Source: an uncultured Gammaproteobacteria bacterium
Lineage (GTDB): Bacteria; Patescibacteriota; Patescibacteriia; SG8-24
Length of the DNA: 64,000 bases
Assembly: GCA_964491475.1 (NCBI GenBank)
Contig: CAZBFO010000002.1
Span: 208,501-272,500 of the forward strand
Reading direction: 5' to 3'
Shown here: piece by piece, positions 29,959 through 39,035 of the stretch
Layout of the letters: each line of letters opens with the position of its first letter
Numbering within the stretch: position 1 is the stretch's first letter
Notes under the pieces: generated by a model
Database searches by the model: none
Seen by the model: the letters and a program-made list of their open reading frames with translations, nothing else
Told to the model about the DNA's origin: nothing
Translations under genes and position numbers: made by a program

Positions 29959-30121
29959 GGAGCCGCGGTGCGGCGGCGGGGCGGGCGGCCGGAGGGGAGT
30001 TCGCAGGACAAAAATCGTCCGCAGACGATTTTTTTCCGAGATTAAGGTGCGGATTTGGCCCGCAGGCCAAATACGACACCGACCCCTCCGGCCGCCCGCC
30101 CCGCCGCCGCACCGCGGCTCC
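29959..30121. repeat. Element with perfect 39-bp inverted arms and internal hairpins
   Basis: 29959-29997 is the exact reverse complement of 30083-30121. Confidence 0.9.
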
Positions 30122-30188
30122 CCATAGTCAGAGTGAACGCGCAAACAAAAAAGCCCCCGCCATTCGGGAGCTTTCTTCGTTTTCGGGT

Positions 30189-30872
30189 TTACGCCGCGAC
30201 CTTGATTGCCGGACCCATGGTGGAGGTCATGGTGACGGACATGATGTACACGCCCTTGGAGCTGGACGGCTTGGCCTTGCGGACCGCGTCCATGAGGGTC
30301 GAGTAGTTCTCGTTCAGCTGCTCCTTGGAGAAGGACGAGCGGCCGATGACCTGGTGCAGGTTGGCGGTGTCGTCGGCCTTGAAGGCCACCTTGCCCTTGC
30401 GGAGCTCGCCGATGGTCTTAGTGAGGTTGGTGGTCACCGTTTCGTTCTTCGGCGAGGGCATGAGGCCCTTGGGACCGAGCACCTTCGCGACCTTGGCCAT
30501 CTTGGGCATCATGTCGGGAGTGGTGACGAAGATCTCGGCCTCGTACTTGCCGGTCTTGGCCATCTCGTCGATGATTTCCTGGCCGCCGACGATGTCGGCG
30601 CCCGCATCCTTGGCTTCCTTCATGGCCGCCTCGTTGGAGACGATGGCGCAGACCTTCTTGGTCTTGCCGGTGCCGTGGGGGAGCGAGACGGTGCCGCGAA
30701 CCTGCTGGTCGCTCTTCTTGGGGTCGATGCCCAGGCGGACATGGACCTCGACGGAGGAGTCGAACTTGGTGGTGGCGGTCTTCTTCACGAGCTCGATGGC
30801 CTCCTCGGCAGAGTAGGCCTTGTTGGCGTCGATGAGCGACTTGAGCTCGACGTAGCGCTTGCTGTGTGACAT
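30189..30872 (-). CDS. rplA: 50S ribosomal protein L1
   Basis: KFDSSVEVH, LPHGTGK, LGPKGLMP. Confidence 0.98.
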   Translation of the reverse strand: MSHSKRYVELKSLIDANKAYSAEEAIELVKKTATTKFDSSVEVHVRLGIDPKKSDQQVRGTVSLPHGTGKTKKVCAIVSNEAAMKEAKDAGADIVGGQEIIDEMAKTGKYEAEIFVTTPDMMPKMAKVAKVLGPKGLMPSPKNETVTTNLTKTIGELRKGKVAFKADDTANLHQVIGRSSFSKEQLNENYSTLMDAVRKAKPSSSKGVYIMSVTMTSTMGPAIKVAA

Positions 30873-30888
30873 GTGTTTCAGGAATGAC

Positions 30889-30919
30889 GTGGTACGTGCG
30901 AGGCCGAAGCCTCTCCCAC
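30889..30919 (-). promoter_or_regulatory. Putative L1-binding autoregulatory RNA structure before rplA
   Basis: Minus strand GTGG-GAG-AGGC(TTCG)GCCT-...-CCAC, a helix/asymmetric loop/helix arrangement. Confidence 0.6.
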
Positions 30920-30930
30920 ATGAATAGATA

Positions 30931-31359
30931 TTACGCCTTGACCTCGATACCCATGTTGCGGGCGGTGCCCTCGATCATGCGCATCGCGGCTTCGATGTCG
31001 GAGGTGTTGAGGTCGGGGAGCTTCTTTTCCGCGATCTCGCGGACCTGCGCCTTGGTGACCTTGCCGATCTTGTCGGTCAGCGGCTTGCCGGAACCCTTCT
31101 CGATGCCCGCGGCCTTCTTGAGCAGTTCGGACGCCGGCGGCGTCTTCATGATGAAGGTGTAGGTGCGGTCTTCGTAGACGGTGATGACCACCGGGGTGAC
31201 TTCGCCGGGCGGCAGCTTGCTGGTGGCGGCGTTGAACTTCTGGCAGAACTCGGCGATGTTCAGGCCGTGCTGACCGAGCGCCGGACCGATTGGCGGTGCC
31301 GGGTTGGCCTTGCCGGCCGGAATCTGCAGCTTAATCTGGACTTTGACCTTCTTGGCCAT
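30931..31359 (-). CDS. rplK: 50S ribosomal protein L11
   Basis: [18 protein letters not shown]. Confidence 0.98.
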   Translation of the reverse strand: MAKKVKVQIKLQIPAGKANPAPPIGPALGQHGLNIAEFCQKFNAATSKLPPGEVTPVVITVYEDRTYTFIMKTPPASELLKKAAGIEKGSGKPLTDKIGKVTKAQVREIAEKKLPDLNTSDIEAAMRMIEGTARNMGIEVKA

Positions 31360-31723
31360 AACGATGCAGGTATGGGCGTGGCGCCGAAAGGCGTTTTCCC
31401 CAATAACCTAGCTACAACGTCGGCGAGAAACAGCCCAATGGGCACACCGCGTATCGGCAAGACTGTACCCGATGATGCCATAAAAGGCAAGACTCTACGG
31501 GTCTTGCGACCAAACGCGCAATACTTTCGCTTTTTTACGTGACAGGGCCTTCAAGGTCAGTAGACGCAAATGCCCATGAATATTGACAATTGAGCAGAAA
31601 TATGGTATCCTGCCACATTCGCTCATTGATATTCTCATCTTCGAAAAAGCCGCCCGAAGACATGGTGTTTTCTTGGCGAAAGTCTCCGGTTAGCCACCGT
31701 TACGGCAGAAAGGTCGGTCTCTC

Positions 31724-32764
31724 ATGGATAGGTTCATCTTGCAGCATCTCGGCGGCTACCCGTTCTCGACTGCGTCGAAGGGCGGACTCACCTCGATCGG
31801 CGAATTCCTTCGCCTATGCCTCACAGGAGCATATGATAAAAACATCGGACTCGAGTGTCCGACGTTTTCCGACGCGTTTGCATGGGCGCACGTCGTCGAT
31901 CCCGAATGGATCGGCACCGAGCTGGAAGCGGCAGACCGACGGTTTTGCATGGCGGTCGGCGACATCTTCGTCCGGCTGGCGGACGAAACAAGGCCGTTCG
32001 CGGCAGGGGATTTCGTCCCGCTCACGCTCATGCGTGACGAGATGGAAAGCCTCATCTGTGCCGGGCGGTTCTGCGATCCCGAAAGAAAAAGCATGCCTCT
32101 GTCGAGGCTGACGCGCAGCGTGGAACTGTTCGACAAACTCTGGCTCGCCGACGTTGGCATGATCATGCCTTCCGTATGCGGCTGGAAAAGCGTCGTGCAG
32201 GCCCCTCCGAGCGTCACCGCGACTCTCGCCCTGTACTGTGAGGACGATATGCCCTGGTGGGCCGGGCCCGTCATCGCCCAAGGCGCGACCGCCTGGGCGA
32301 AGAGCCTTCGGGAACGACGGGTCATTCGCGGAGACGAATGGTCAGCCATGCGCCAAGCGGCACTGCACTGCCGAGTGGCTGAAGAAGACGCGCATGCGAG
32401 GCTCGGTGCCGCCGCAGGCCGCCATTTTCATCACTTGTACGAACTCGATACTCCGTACGCTCTCTACCCGATCGAGGGGCACGTCGCCACTGACGAGCTT
32501 AGCGAAGCGGTCGCATCGTCCGCCATCACGGCGGTCGGCTGCCACGACGTGGAGCTTGCAATCGAAGAACTGCACTACGGCGTGGCAAGCCGCGTACAGC
32601 TTCTTCGTGCAGCGGCCCACCGCGCGGTCCACGACGAGTGTCCTCATCGCGCTTACGCGAGACTCGATACCATCGAGATAACGCGCATGCAGTATGAGGG
32701 CGAGGCGACGGAGACCGAAAAGAGGTGGCTCGATCGTGTCGACGCCTACGCCGCCGATCTGTAA
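31724..32764 (+). CDS. Hypothetical protein
   Basis: 346-aa ORF with a TTGACA/TGGTATCCT promoter at about 31583-31611 and an AAAGG SD. Confidence 0.6.
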   Translation: MDRFILQHLGGYPFSTASKGGLTSIGEFLRLCLTGAYDKNIGLECPTFSDAFAWAHVVDPEWIGTELEAADRRFCMAVGDIFVRLADETRPFAAGDFVPLTLMRDEMESLICAGRFCDPERKSMPLSRLTRSVELFDKLWLADVGMIMPSVCGWKSVVQAPPSVTATLALYCEDDMPWWAGPVIAQGATAWAKSLRERRVIRGDEWSAMRQAALHCRVAEEDAHARLGAAAGRHFHHLYELDTPYALYPIEGHVATDELSEAVASSAITAVGCHDVELAIEELHYGVASRVQLLRAAAHRAVHDECPHRAYARLDTIEITRMQYEGEATETEKRWLDRVDAYAADL

Positions 32765-32988
32765 CATCGCTCGAATCTTAAAATACATCGCACTTCACGG
32801 GCTTCCGTGGAGTGCGATTTTTCTTTGCTTGAAGGCGATCGCCTCGGTGGCAGTTGCGACTCCGCTTCGCCTGGTCGGGCGACTTTTGGCCGAAGAAAAA
32901 GACGTTTTTAACGGTTGACCGGTCATGCCCCGGGTGTAAGCTCTTGGCATCCGGCGCAATATGCGTCCGGCAATTCAAGGAGAACCCC

Positions 32989-33315
32989 GTGGCCCACGAA
33001 CCTTCGCCCGATCCTTCCGACCGTCAGGCGGAGCTCGCCAAGCGGTACCGCCCCAGCGTGATGCTGTTCGCCGTCGTCTACCTGCTGACGTTGGGCTTGT
33101 ACTGGCTGATCAGCGGCCCGATGCCCGCCGACCAGACGCGCGCGTCGCTGGTGGCGTACTCTGCTCTGTCCAGCGCCGGTGCGACGGCTTTCATGACCGT
33201 CTACCTCCGTATCTTGCGGAAGGTCGGCTGGCTGCGCGCACTGGCGTACTGCGCTACCATATTCGGCGCGATGTTTTGCGCGGACCTGGCCCGCATCTAC
33301 CTGCTGTACCGGTAG
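32989..33315 (+). CDS. Small membrane protein (3 TM)
   Basis: AAGGAG SD before a GTG start, hydrophobic helices. Confidence 0.6.
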   Translation: MAHEPSPDPSDRQAELAKRYRPSVMLFAVVYLLTLGLYWLISGPMPADQTRASLVAYSALSSAGATAFMTVYLRILRKVGWLRALAYCATIFGAMFCADLARIYLLYR

Positions 33316-33457
33316 GAACCAAAAAGCGCGAGCCGTTTCGGCCGCGCTGTTTTATTTTGGCCCGCCGGCAGGGGTCGCATTGACAGGGTGCCGTCCTCAT
33401 GATAGTGAGCCTGTACGCGGGACGATGTCGTCACGCGTACACATCAGGAGGCAGGTC

Positions 33458-33778
33458 TTGGAGAATGAAAAAGCGCAGGGCGTCGTAAAGGAGACGGGTT
33501 CGGATCCTTCCGGAGGCGCGTCGTCATTTGCGGCCGGAATGCTGGTCGGGATGCTTATTGGCGTCGTTCGGGGGCATCCGACGTTCACGGGCGATGGTCC
33601 GGCCTCGGCCCGTTTTGGCGCCTACGCGTTGGCCGTGGTCATCTGCTTCGCAGCGAGTACCGCGTTTGTCCGCCTGTTCAGGCGCACTACCTGGTCGATC
33701 GCCGCGCGACGCACGGTAACGACCATCACCGGACTCATCATCGGCGACGTCCTGTTCGCCTTCATCCATTCGCTCTGA
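33458..33778 (+). CDS. Small membrane protein (3 TM)
   Basis: AGGAGG SD before a TTG start, hydrophobic helices. Confidence 0.55.
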   Translation: MENEKAQGVVKETGSDPSGGASSFAAGMLVGMLIGVVRGHPTFTGDGPASARFGAYALAVVICFAASTAFVRLFRRTTWSIAARRTVTTITGLIIGDVLFAFIHSL

Positions 33779-33809
33779 ACGCGAGTCAACGCAACTGGAG
33801 AGGAGCATC

Positions 33810-34202
33810 ATGTCAATCGGTGAACGATGGAAAAAGCGCCTGGAAGAAGCGGGCGCGCGGCGCAAACAGGCCGCCAAGGCGACGCAGGCGGCAATAACGG
33901 AAAAGCGCGCGGAAGAAATCGTCGCAAACCTCCGCGCGAACCTCGCGAAAGAGACGAGGAACCACTGTCTGGTGATGACGATCGAAGACGGAGAGTCGGC
34001 TGTCGAGCTGGACTCCCTGCGCAATCGTCAGCACTCTTCGTCCGATCCGTTCCTCGGGGCAGCCAAGACGGTCGTCGAATTCTGCCTGCAGAACTGGCTT
34101 GACGTGTACGTGTGGGAGGAGGATTTCAGCATGAGCGGCGGCAGCATCGGCGCGGAAATCTGGGTCACGCCGCACGGCGTTCCTTTCCATCAGCGCGGAT
34201 AG
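33810..34202 (+). CDS. Hypothetical protein
   Basis: GAGGAG SD, N-terminal charged helix. Confidence 0.65.
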   Translation: MSIGERWKKRLEEAGARRKQAAKATQAAITEKRAEEIVANLRANLAKETRNHCLVMTIEDGESAVELDSLRNRQHSSSDPFLGAAKTVVEFCLQNWLDVYVWEEDFSMSGGSIGAEIWVTPHGVPFHQRG

Positions 34203-34285
34203 CGGACTCGGTCGGCCTTGCACAATCATGTGCAGGGCCTTTTTCAAACAAAAACGCCCCGCGGCATCGCGAGGCGTTTTTTCCT

Positions 34286-34831
34286 CTAGATCTTCTTGAC
34301 CTGGAGGAAGTCGAGTTCCACCGGCGTCTCGCGTCCGAACATGTTGACGAGCACCTTGATCTTGCCGCGGGCCTCGTCGATGTCGGCCACCTTGCCTTCG
34401 AAGCCCTTGAAGGGGCCGTCGTTGATGGTGACCGCAGAGTTGACCTCGACGTCGATCTTGTACTCCGGCTCGTCGACGCCCATGCGCTTCTGCAGCGCCT
34501 TGATCTCTTCTTCGGAGACGGGGGTCGGAATCGTGCCGGTGCCGATGAAGCCGGTGACGTTGGGCGTGTTGCGCACCACGTACCAGGAGTCGTCGGTCAC
34601 GATCATCTCGATCATGACGTAGCCGGGGAATATCTTTTCCTCGACGGTCTTGCGCTTGCCGTTCTTGATCTTGATCTTCTTCTCCTTGGGGATCAGGACG
34701 TTGAAGATCTTGTCTCCCATGTCCATCGACTCGGTGCGCTGCTTGAGATTGTGCGCCACGTTCTCCTCGTATCCCGAGTAGGTGTGGATGGCGTACCAGC
34801 GGCGGCCGAGCTGCTGCGTTTGCTTAGGCAT
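34286..34831 (-). CDS. nusG: Transcription elongation factor NusG
   Basis: WYAIHTYSGYE, FPGYV, GPF...FGRETPVEL. Confidence 0.97.
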   Translation of the reverse strand: MPKQTQQLGRRWYAIHTYSGYEENVAHNLKQRTESMDMGDKIFNVLIPKEKKIKIKNGKRKTVEEKIFPGYVMIEMIVTDDSWYVVRNTPNVTGFIGTGTIPTPVSEEEIKALQKRMGVDEPEYKIDVEVNSAVTINDGPFKGFEGKVADIDEARGKIKVLVNMFGRETPVELDFLQVKKI

Positions 34832-34885
34832 AGTGTGGTGCGGCCGACGGGCCGCCAATGAACTTTGCGCGCCGGAGCGCGGGGA

Positions 34886-35077
34886 TTATCGGAGGGAGAG
34901 GAGCTTCTCGAGGCCCTTGGACAGGCCGAAGTCGATGGCGCCGAAGAAGACGGCCATGGTCAGGGAGACGCCCAGCACGATGAGCGTGTCGCGGACGACC
35001 GTGCGGCGCGACGGCCAGGACACCTTCTTGAGCTCTTCCTTGGATTCCTTGACGTACGTGACGACCTTATTCGCCAT
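34886..35077 (-). CDS. secE: Preprotein translocase subunit SecE
   Basis: ELKKVSWPSR plus a TM helix, upstream of nusG. Confidence 0.93.
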   Translation of the reverse strand: MANKVVTYVKESKEELKKVSWPSRRTVVRDTLIVLGVSLTMAVFFGAIDFGLSKGLEKLLSLR

Positions 35078-35245
35078 ATGCGGTGATTCCCACGGGGAAC
35101 GTTTTATCTTAAAAATCCGCCTGTCGGCGGGGGAAACGGTTACTGCTTGGACTATACACGCGATGGCGCCGATTGGCAAGTGGCGGCACCGGTCCGCTGC
35201 CGCAGACGAAAACGCCGCCCCCGTACGGGACGGGCGGAGCTTTCG

Positions 35246-37225
35246 TCACTGGAGCTTCTCGCAAGCCTTGGCGATGCCCAGTTCCTCGCACTTTTCCATA
35301 TAGGCAATGACGGCGTGGACGTATGCCGCATGGCTCCAAACCAAGGGCGTTGCAGAGAGCGGCGCGCCGGTAGTGGGATGCACCTGCTCCGGCAGCACGC
35401 CGGAGGGAAGCGAATGGGCCACGACCCATTGGAAGATGTCGCGCACCGGTTCCAGGTCCTTGTCGGTCTTGGCGCTGCGGATGATGAAGTCCACGTGCCA
35501 GAGGGTGGTGATGATCCAAGGGTTGGGGTAGCGGTCGTCCACCTGGAAGTAGCGGTCGCGCTCGTAGCGGGCCACGCCCCCGACGGGGGACTGCCACCAC
35601 AGGTCGCGCTTGCAGGCGTTTTGGCATTCGGCCGTGAACGGGTCGTCGAGCGCCAGGATGTCGAAGGTCAGCAGGCCGTAGAACGAGCTGGTGTCGGTGC
35701 GGTTGTCCTCGCGTCGGTTGCCGGCATCATCGAACTTCACCGACTTGAGGATGCGCTTGCCGTCGCGGTCGATCATCTGCGTCTCGATGGCCTCGCGGAT
35801 TTCCTTGGCGATCCCCGCGTAGGTCTTCTGTTCCCGCTTTTTGCCGAGAAGCCCGGCGAAGCGCGAGGCGGCCTCGAGCCCGCCGACCACGGTGGAGGCC
35901 GTGTAGGTGGAGACGGCACGGTGCTCTTCCCAGAGGTCGTAGGAATGCAGCGGCAGGTTGGTCTTTTCGTGGCGGTAGGTGGACAGGAAATTGGCCGCCT
36001 TCTTGATGAAGGAATTGTAGATTTCTTCCACGAACTCGATGTCGCGCGAGGCCTCGTAGTAGACCCACAGCGCGTAGATGACGATGGCCGTCTCGTCCTC
36101 CTGGATGGGGAGCACGTCGTGATGGTCCTCGACCCACGGGTGCCAAGAAGAGCCGAGCGAGCCGTCGGGCAGGTACTTGTGCATGAAGTAGCCCTCGTCG
36201 GTGAGCAGCCTGGTCTGGTATTCGAAGTAGCGGCGGGCGATGTCCCAATAGCCGGCCTTGGCGAAGGTCAGGGCGGCGAAGGCGGCGTCGCGGGGCCACA
36301 CGTACGAGTAGGTGTCCTTGCCGTGCTGCAGCATGTCGGAGTCGGACGAGGCGATGATGCTGCCGCGGTTGTCGGTGTGCGCGCGCATCACCAGCAGCGA
36401 GGTCTTGAAGACGCGGATTTGGTCCTCGGTCATCCCGTGGAAGGTGTAGTGCTGCTTGTTGACCCATGCCTGCCAGAAGTCCTTGGTGGTCTCGAAAAGG
36501 TGGCGAGGCGTGCGCTTCTGGACGTCGTCGTTCAGCGCCACGGCTTCCGAGAGGGAAGCGGCGGCGATCATCCAGTAGTACCCCTCATGCGAGGCCTTGC
36601 CGCGCAGCATGCAGCTGAAGGCGGCGGCAGAGTCGACGCGCCCGTGCTCGATGGGGTTGCCGGAAAGGTGGCCGTCCTCGGCGTCCTTCCAGGTGCCTTC
36701 GAGCCCGGCATAACGCGTCATGCCCACCGAAAAGTCGTTCATGTTGTGGCCGTCGATCAGGCCGTTGAACAGGAACATGTGCGGTCCGCGGTAGTGGATC
36801 AGGCACTGGCGGCGCGGATACCACATGGCGGTGACGCCGTGGGTGTAGGCGCCGACCTCGAGGTCGTTGTGGAAGATGATGCGGAACTCGCGGTCGCGCT
36901 CCGCGAGGTTGTCGACGGTGATCTTGCGGATGAAGATGTTGGTCTCGTTGTAGACGAAGTCCTCGAAGGTGACGCGAAGGTCCTGCTCGCGGAGCGTGGC
37001 GACGGTCTTGCCGATGAGCGTCTCGGGCAGGTACGAGACGTGAATGTCCCAGGCGTGGTCGTCCAGCCAGTACATCTTGCCGTCGATGAACACGCCGACC
37101 TTCTGGGTGCGGCCGTTGGCGTGGTTCTCGAGGCCGACGCGCTCAAAATAGACGTCGCGCACTTGGCCGCGCGAGTCGGTACCGATGAGGAGGTTGCCGT
37201 TGCCGAGGACGAGGCTTCGCGGCAT
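35246..37225 (-). CDS. GH15 glucoamylase-like hydrolase
   Basis: YSYVWPRD, QEDET, DLWEE, LPEQ, PLVWSHA. Confidence 0.9.
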   Translation of the reverse strand: MPRSLVLGNGNLLIGTDSRGQVRDVYFERVGLENHANGRTQKVGVFIDGKMYWLDDHAWDIHVSYLPETLIGKTVATLREQDLRVTFEDFVYNETNIFIRKITVDNLAERDREFRIIFHNDLEVGAYTHGVTAMWYPRRQCLIHYRGPHMFLFNGLIDGHNMNDFSVGMTRYAGLEGTWKDAEDGHLSGNPIEHGRVDSAAAFSCMLRGKASHEGYYWMIAAASLSEAVALNDDVQKRTPRHLFETTKDFWQAWVNKQHYTFHGMTEDQIRVFKTSLLVMRAHTDNRGSIIASSDSDMLQHGKDTYSYVWPRDAAFAALTFAKAGYWDIARRYFEYQTRLLTDEGYFMHKYLPDGSLGSSWHPWVEDHHDVLPIQEDETAIVIYALWVYYEASRDIEFVEEIYNSFIKKAANFLSTYRHEKTNLPLHSYDLWEEHRAVSTYTASTVVGGLEAASRFAGLLGKKREQKTYAGIAKEIREAIETQMIDRDGKRILKSVKFDDAGNRREDNRTDTSSFYGLLTFDILALDDPFTAECQNACKRDLWWQSPVGGVARYERDRYFQVDDRYPNPWIITTLWHVDFIIRSAKTDKDLEPVRDIFQWVVAHSLPSGVLPEQVHPTTGAPLSATPLVWSHAAYVHAVIAYMEKCEELGIAKACEKLQ

Positions 37226-37249
37226 ACGAACGAACGTTACTTCCTTCGC

Positions 37250-37828
37250 TTAGCGCTTGAGGAGGCGGCCGAAAAGGGAAGACTTCTTGGTGGGGGCGGG
37301 GGAGGCGGCCTTCTTGGCGACGGTCTTTGCCGCGACCTTGCGGGCGGCGGGCTTTTTGGCAGCCTTCTTTGCGACTGCGGGGCCATCTGCCGCCGGTGCG
37401 GGCGCGGCTTCCGCCATTGCGAGTTCTGGCACGGTCTCGGTAGCGGGTTCAGGAACGGAGACGACGGCCTTGGCCATCGCCAGATCGTGTTCGGCGGCGA
37501 TCGCCTCGATGCTCTTTTCGACGGGCAGCGCGGCGGTGAGCTCCTCGACGCGACGGCCGACCATGCGGCGCGTGGCATCGAGCGTGGAAAGCAGGTGCAG
37601 CTTGGAGGCCAGCACGCGGTCGCCGATGACGCCGTCGACCCAGGCGGCGATGTCGTTACCGTCGGGGCGGACGTGATGGGCGAACTCGACCTCGTTCATG
37701 TCGTCGAGAGCGGCGGCGAGCTCCTTCATGTTCTTGGCGATGACGCCGTGATTGAACCAGAAAGCCTTGTGGTCTTCGGCGACGTTCTGGAGGAATAAGC
37801 TTGCTTCGGCGGCGTTAGGCGATTGCAT
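37250..37828 (-). CDS. DUF5752-like domain with a Lys/Ala-rich tail
   Basis: AFWF..G...N..EL...F.HHV....NDIA.WV..V.GD..LA pattern. Confidence 0.6.
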   Translation of the reverse strand: MQSPNAAEASLFLQNVAEDHKAFWFNHGVIAKNMKELAAALDDMNEVEFAHHVRPDGNDIAAWVDGVIGDRVLASKLHLLSTLDATRRMVGRRVEELTAALPVEKSIEAIAAEHDLAMAKAVVSVPEPATETVPELAMAEAAPAPAADGPAVAKKAAKKPAARKVAAKTVAKKAASPAPTKKSSLFGRLLKR

Positions 37829-39032
37829 AGGCGAGCGTGCGCGCTTTAAGGCGTAAAGTGACGTCGTGGATGACGTTCATGAATGAAACAAAGGCGTCGT
37901 AGGGCGTGTCGTACGGGTTGAAGTACTTGTGCACGTCGCCGTCCGAGAACCATTTGGTGCACATGTAGTAAAAGTGGTCGCTGGTGGTGAGCTTGCGCCA
38001 GTCGGCGATCAAGGCGGCGTCGCCGGACTTCTTGACCTCGGTCTCGAGCGCGTAGACGGCGTTCAGCGCGGCTTCCTGCATCGGGTTCGAGCGCCAGGCG
38101 GAGAGGTCGCGCTCGATGTCGGCCCAGGACATGGTGTGGGGCACGTGCAGTTCGCTGACCGGCGCGTACCGCTTGGCCGCCTCGCTCACCGTGACGAAGT
38201 CGTTGTCCGGATGCTTCAGGATCTCATCCGGCAAATGCCGCAGGAAGTCGAAGATGCCGGTGTCGGCCCACTGGTGCTCTCCGAAGGTCTCGTAGTCCAT
38301 GAAGAGGTTCACCAGCTGCCCGTTGCCGTTCTGCTCGTCGACCCAGCGCGCGAACTTCGGCGCGGTCAGCGGCCAACCGGCCCAGTCGCGGTTGGAAAAG
38401 CGGAAGGCGATGTCGTCGGAGAGGCGATAGTGCTTGAGCAGGAGCGCGATTTTGTCGCAGCCTGCCGGGCGGTAAACGAACGCGGGCGAGCGCCAGCCCA
38501 GAACGTGGTCTGCACCCTCCGCCAGTATAGCAGAAAAACCCATCCCTTCCACGAGTTTGGCTATGCGGTCGTCGTAGATGAGTTCGGTGTTGCGGAAAGC
38601 CGTCGGTTTCACTCCGAACAGCCGCTCGATGCGGGCAGAGTGTCCATGCACTTGCGTGCGAAATTCTTCCTCGGAATACAGCGCGGAGAGCGAGTGGTGC
38701 GAGGTCTCCGTCAGCAGCTCGACGCGGCCGGTAGCCACCAGCGCACGGAACGACTCGATGACTTCCGGCGCGAAGGCCTCGAACTGGTCGAGGGCCGTGC
38801 CCGAGACGGAATAGCTGATGCGGAACTGCGGATGCCGCTGCAGCAGCTCCAGCATCACCGCGTTGGTCGGCAGGTAGCACTTGTCGGCGACCTTGCGGAG
38901 GATACGGGCGTTGTTGAGGTTCGAGGCGCTCTGGTCCGCGAAGTAGCGCTGGTCCTCGCCGATGTCAAAGACCGAGTACGGTTTGACTCGGAAGGGCTGG
39001 TGCACTTGGAAGTAGAAGCAGACGGAAGGCAT
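37815..39032 (-). CDS. GH57 glycoside hydrolase
   Basis: FQVHQP, FRNTEL, DYETFGEH, TSDHFYYM. Confidence 0.92.
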   Translation of the reverse strand: MPSVCFYFQVHQPFRVKPYSVFDIGEDQRYFADQSASNLNNARILRKVADKCYLPTNAVMLELLQRHPQFRISYSVSGTALDQFEAFAPEVIESFRALVATGRVELLTETSHHSLSALYSEEEFRTQVHGHSARIERLFGVKPTAFRNTELIYDDRIAKLVEGMGFSAILAEGADHVLGWRSPAFVYRPAGCDKIALLLKHYRLSDDIAFRFSNRDWAGWPLTAPKFARWVDEQNGNGQLVNLFMDYETFGEHQWADTGIFDFLRHLPDEILKHPDNDFVTVSEAAKRYAPVSELHVPHTMSWADIERDLSAWRSNPMQEAALNAVYALETEVKKSGDAALIADWRKLTTSDHFYYMCTKWFSDGDVHKYFNPYDTPYDAFVSFMNVIHDVTLRLKARTLAYAIA

Positions 39033-39035
39033 GGG

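Noticed and set aside
29884-30144. N-terminal extension of dcd, and plus-strand ORFs containing EPRCGGGAGGRRG
   Set aside because: These are translation products of the inverted-repeat element. dcd starts at MILSDRD.
31615-31723. Possible riboswitch in a long leader
   Set aside because: I could not match it to any known aptamer consensus.
35078-35240. tRNA-Trp expected upstream of secE
   Set aside because: No cloverleaf or TTCGA arm is visible.
35147-37798. Very long antisense ORFs (883 aa here; others opposite thrS, gatB, thyX, gap and eno)
   Set aside because: Shadow frames of high-GC3 genes, with no motifs or start signals.
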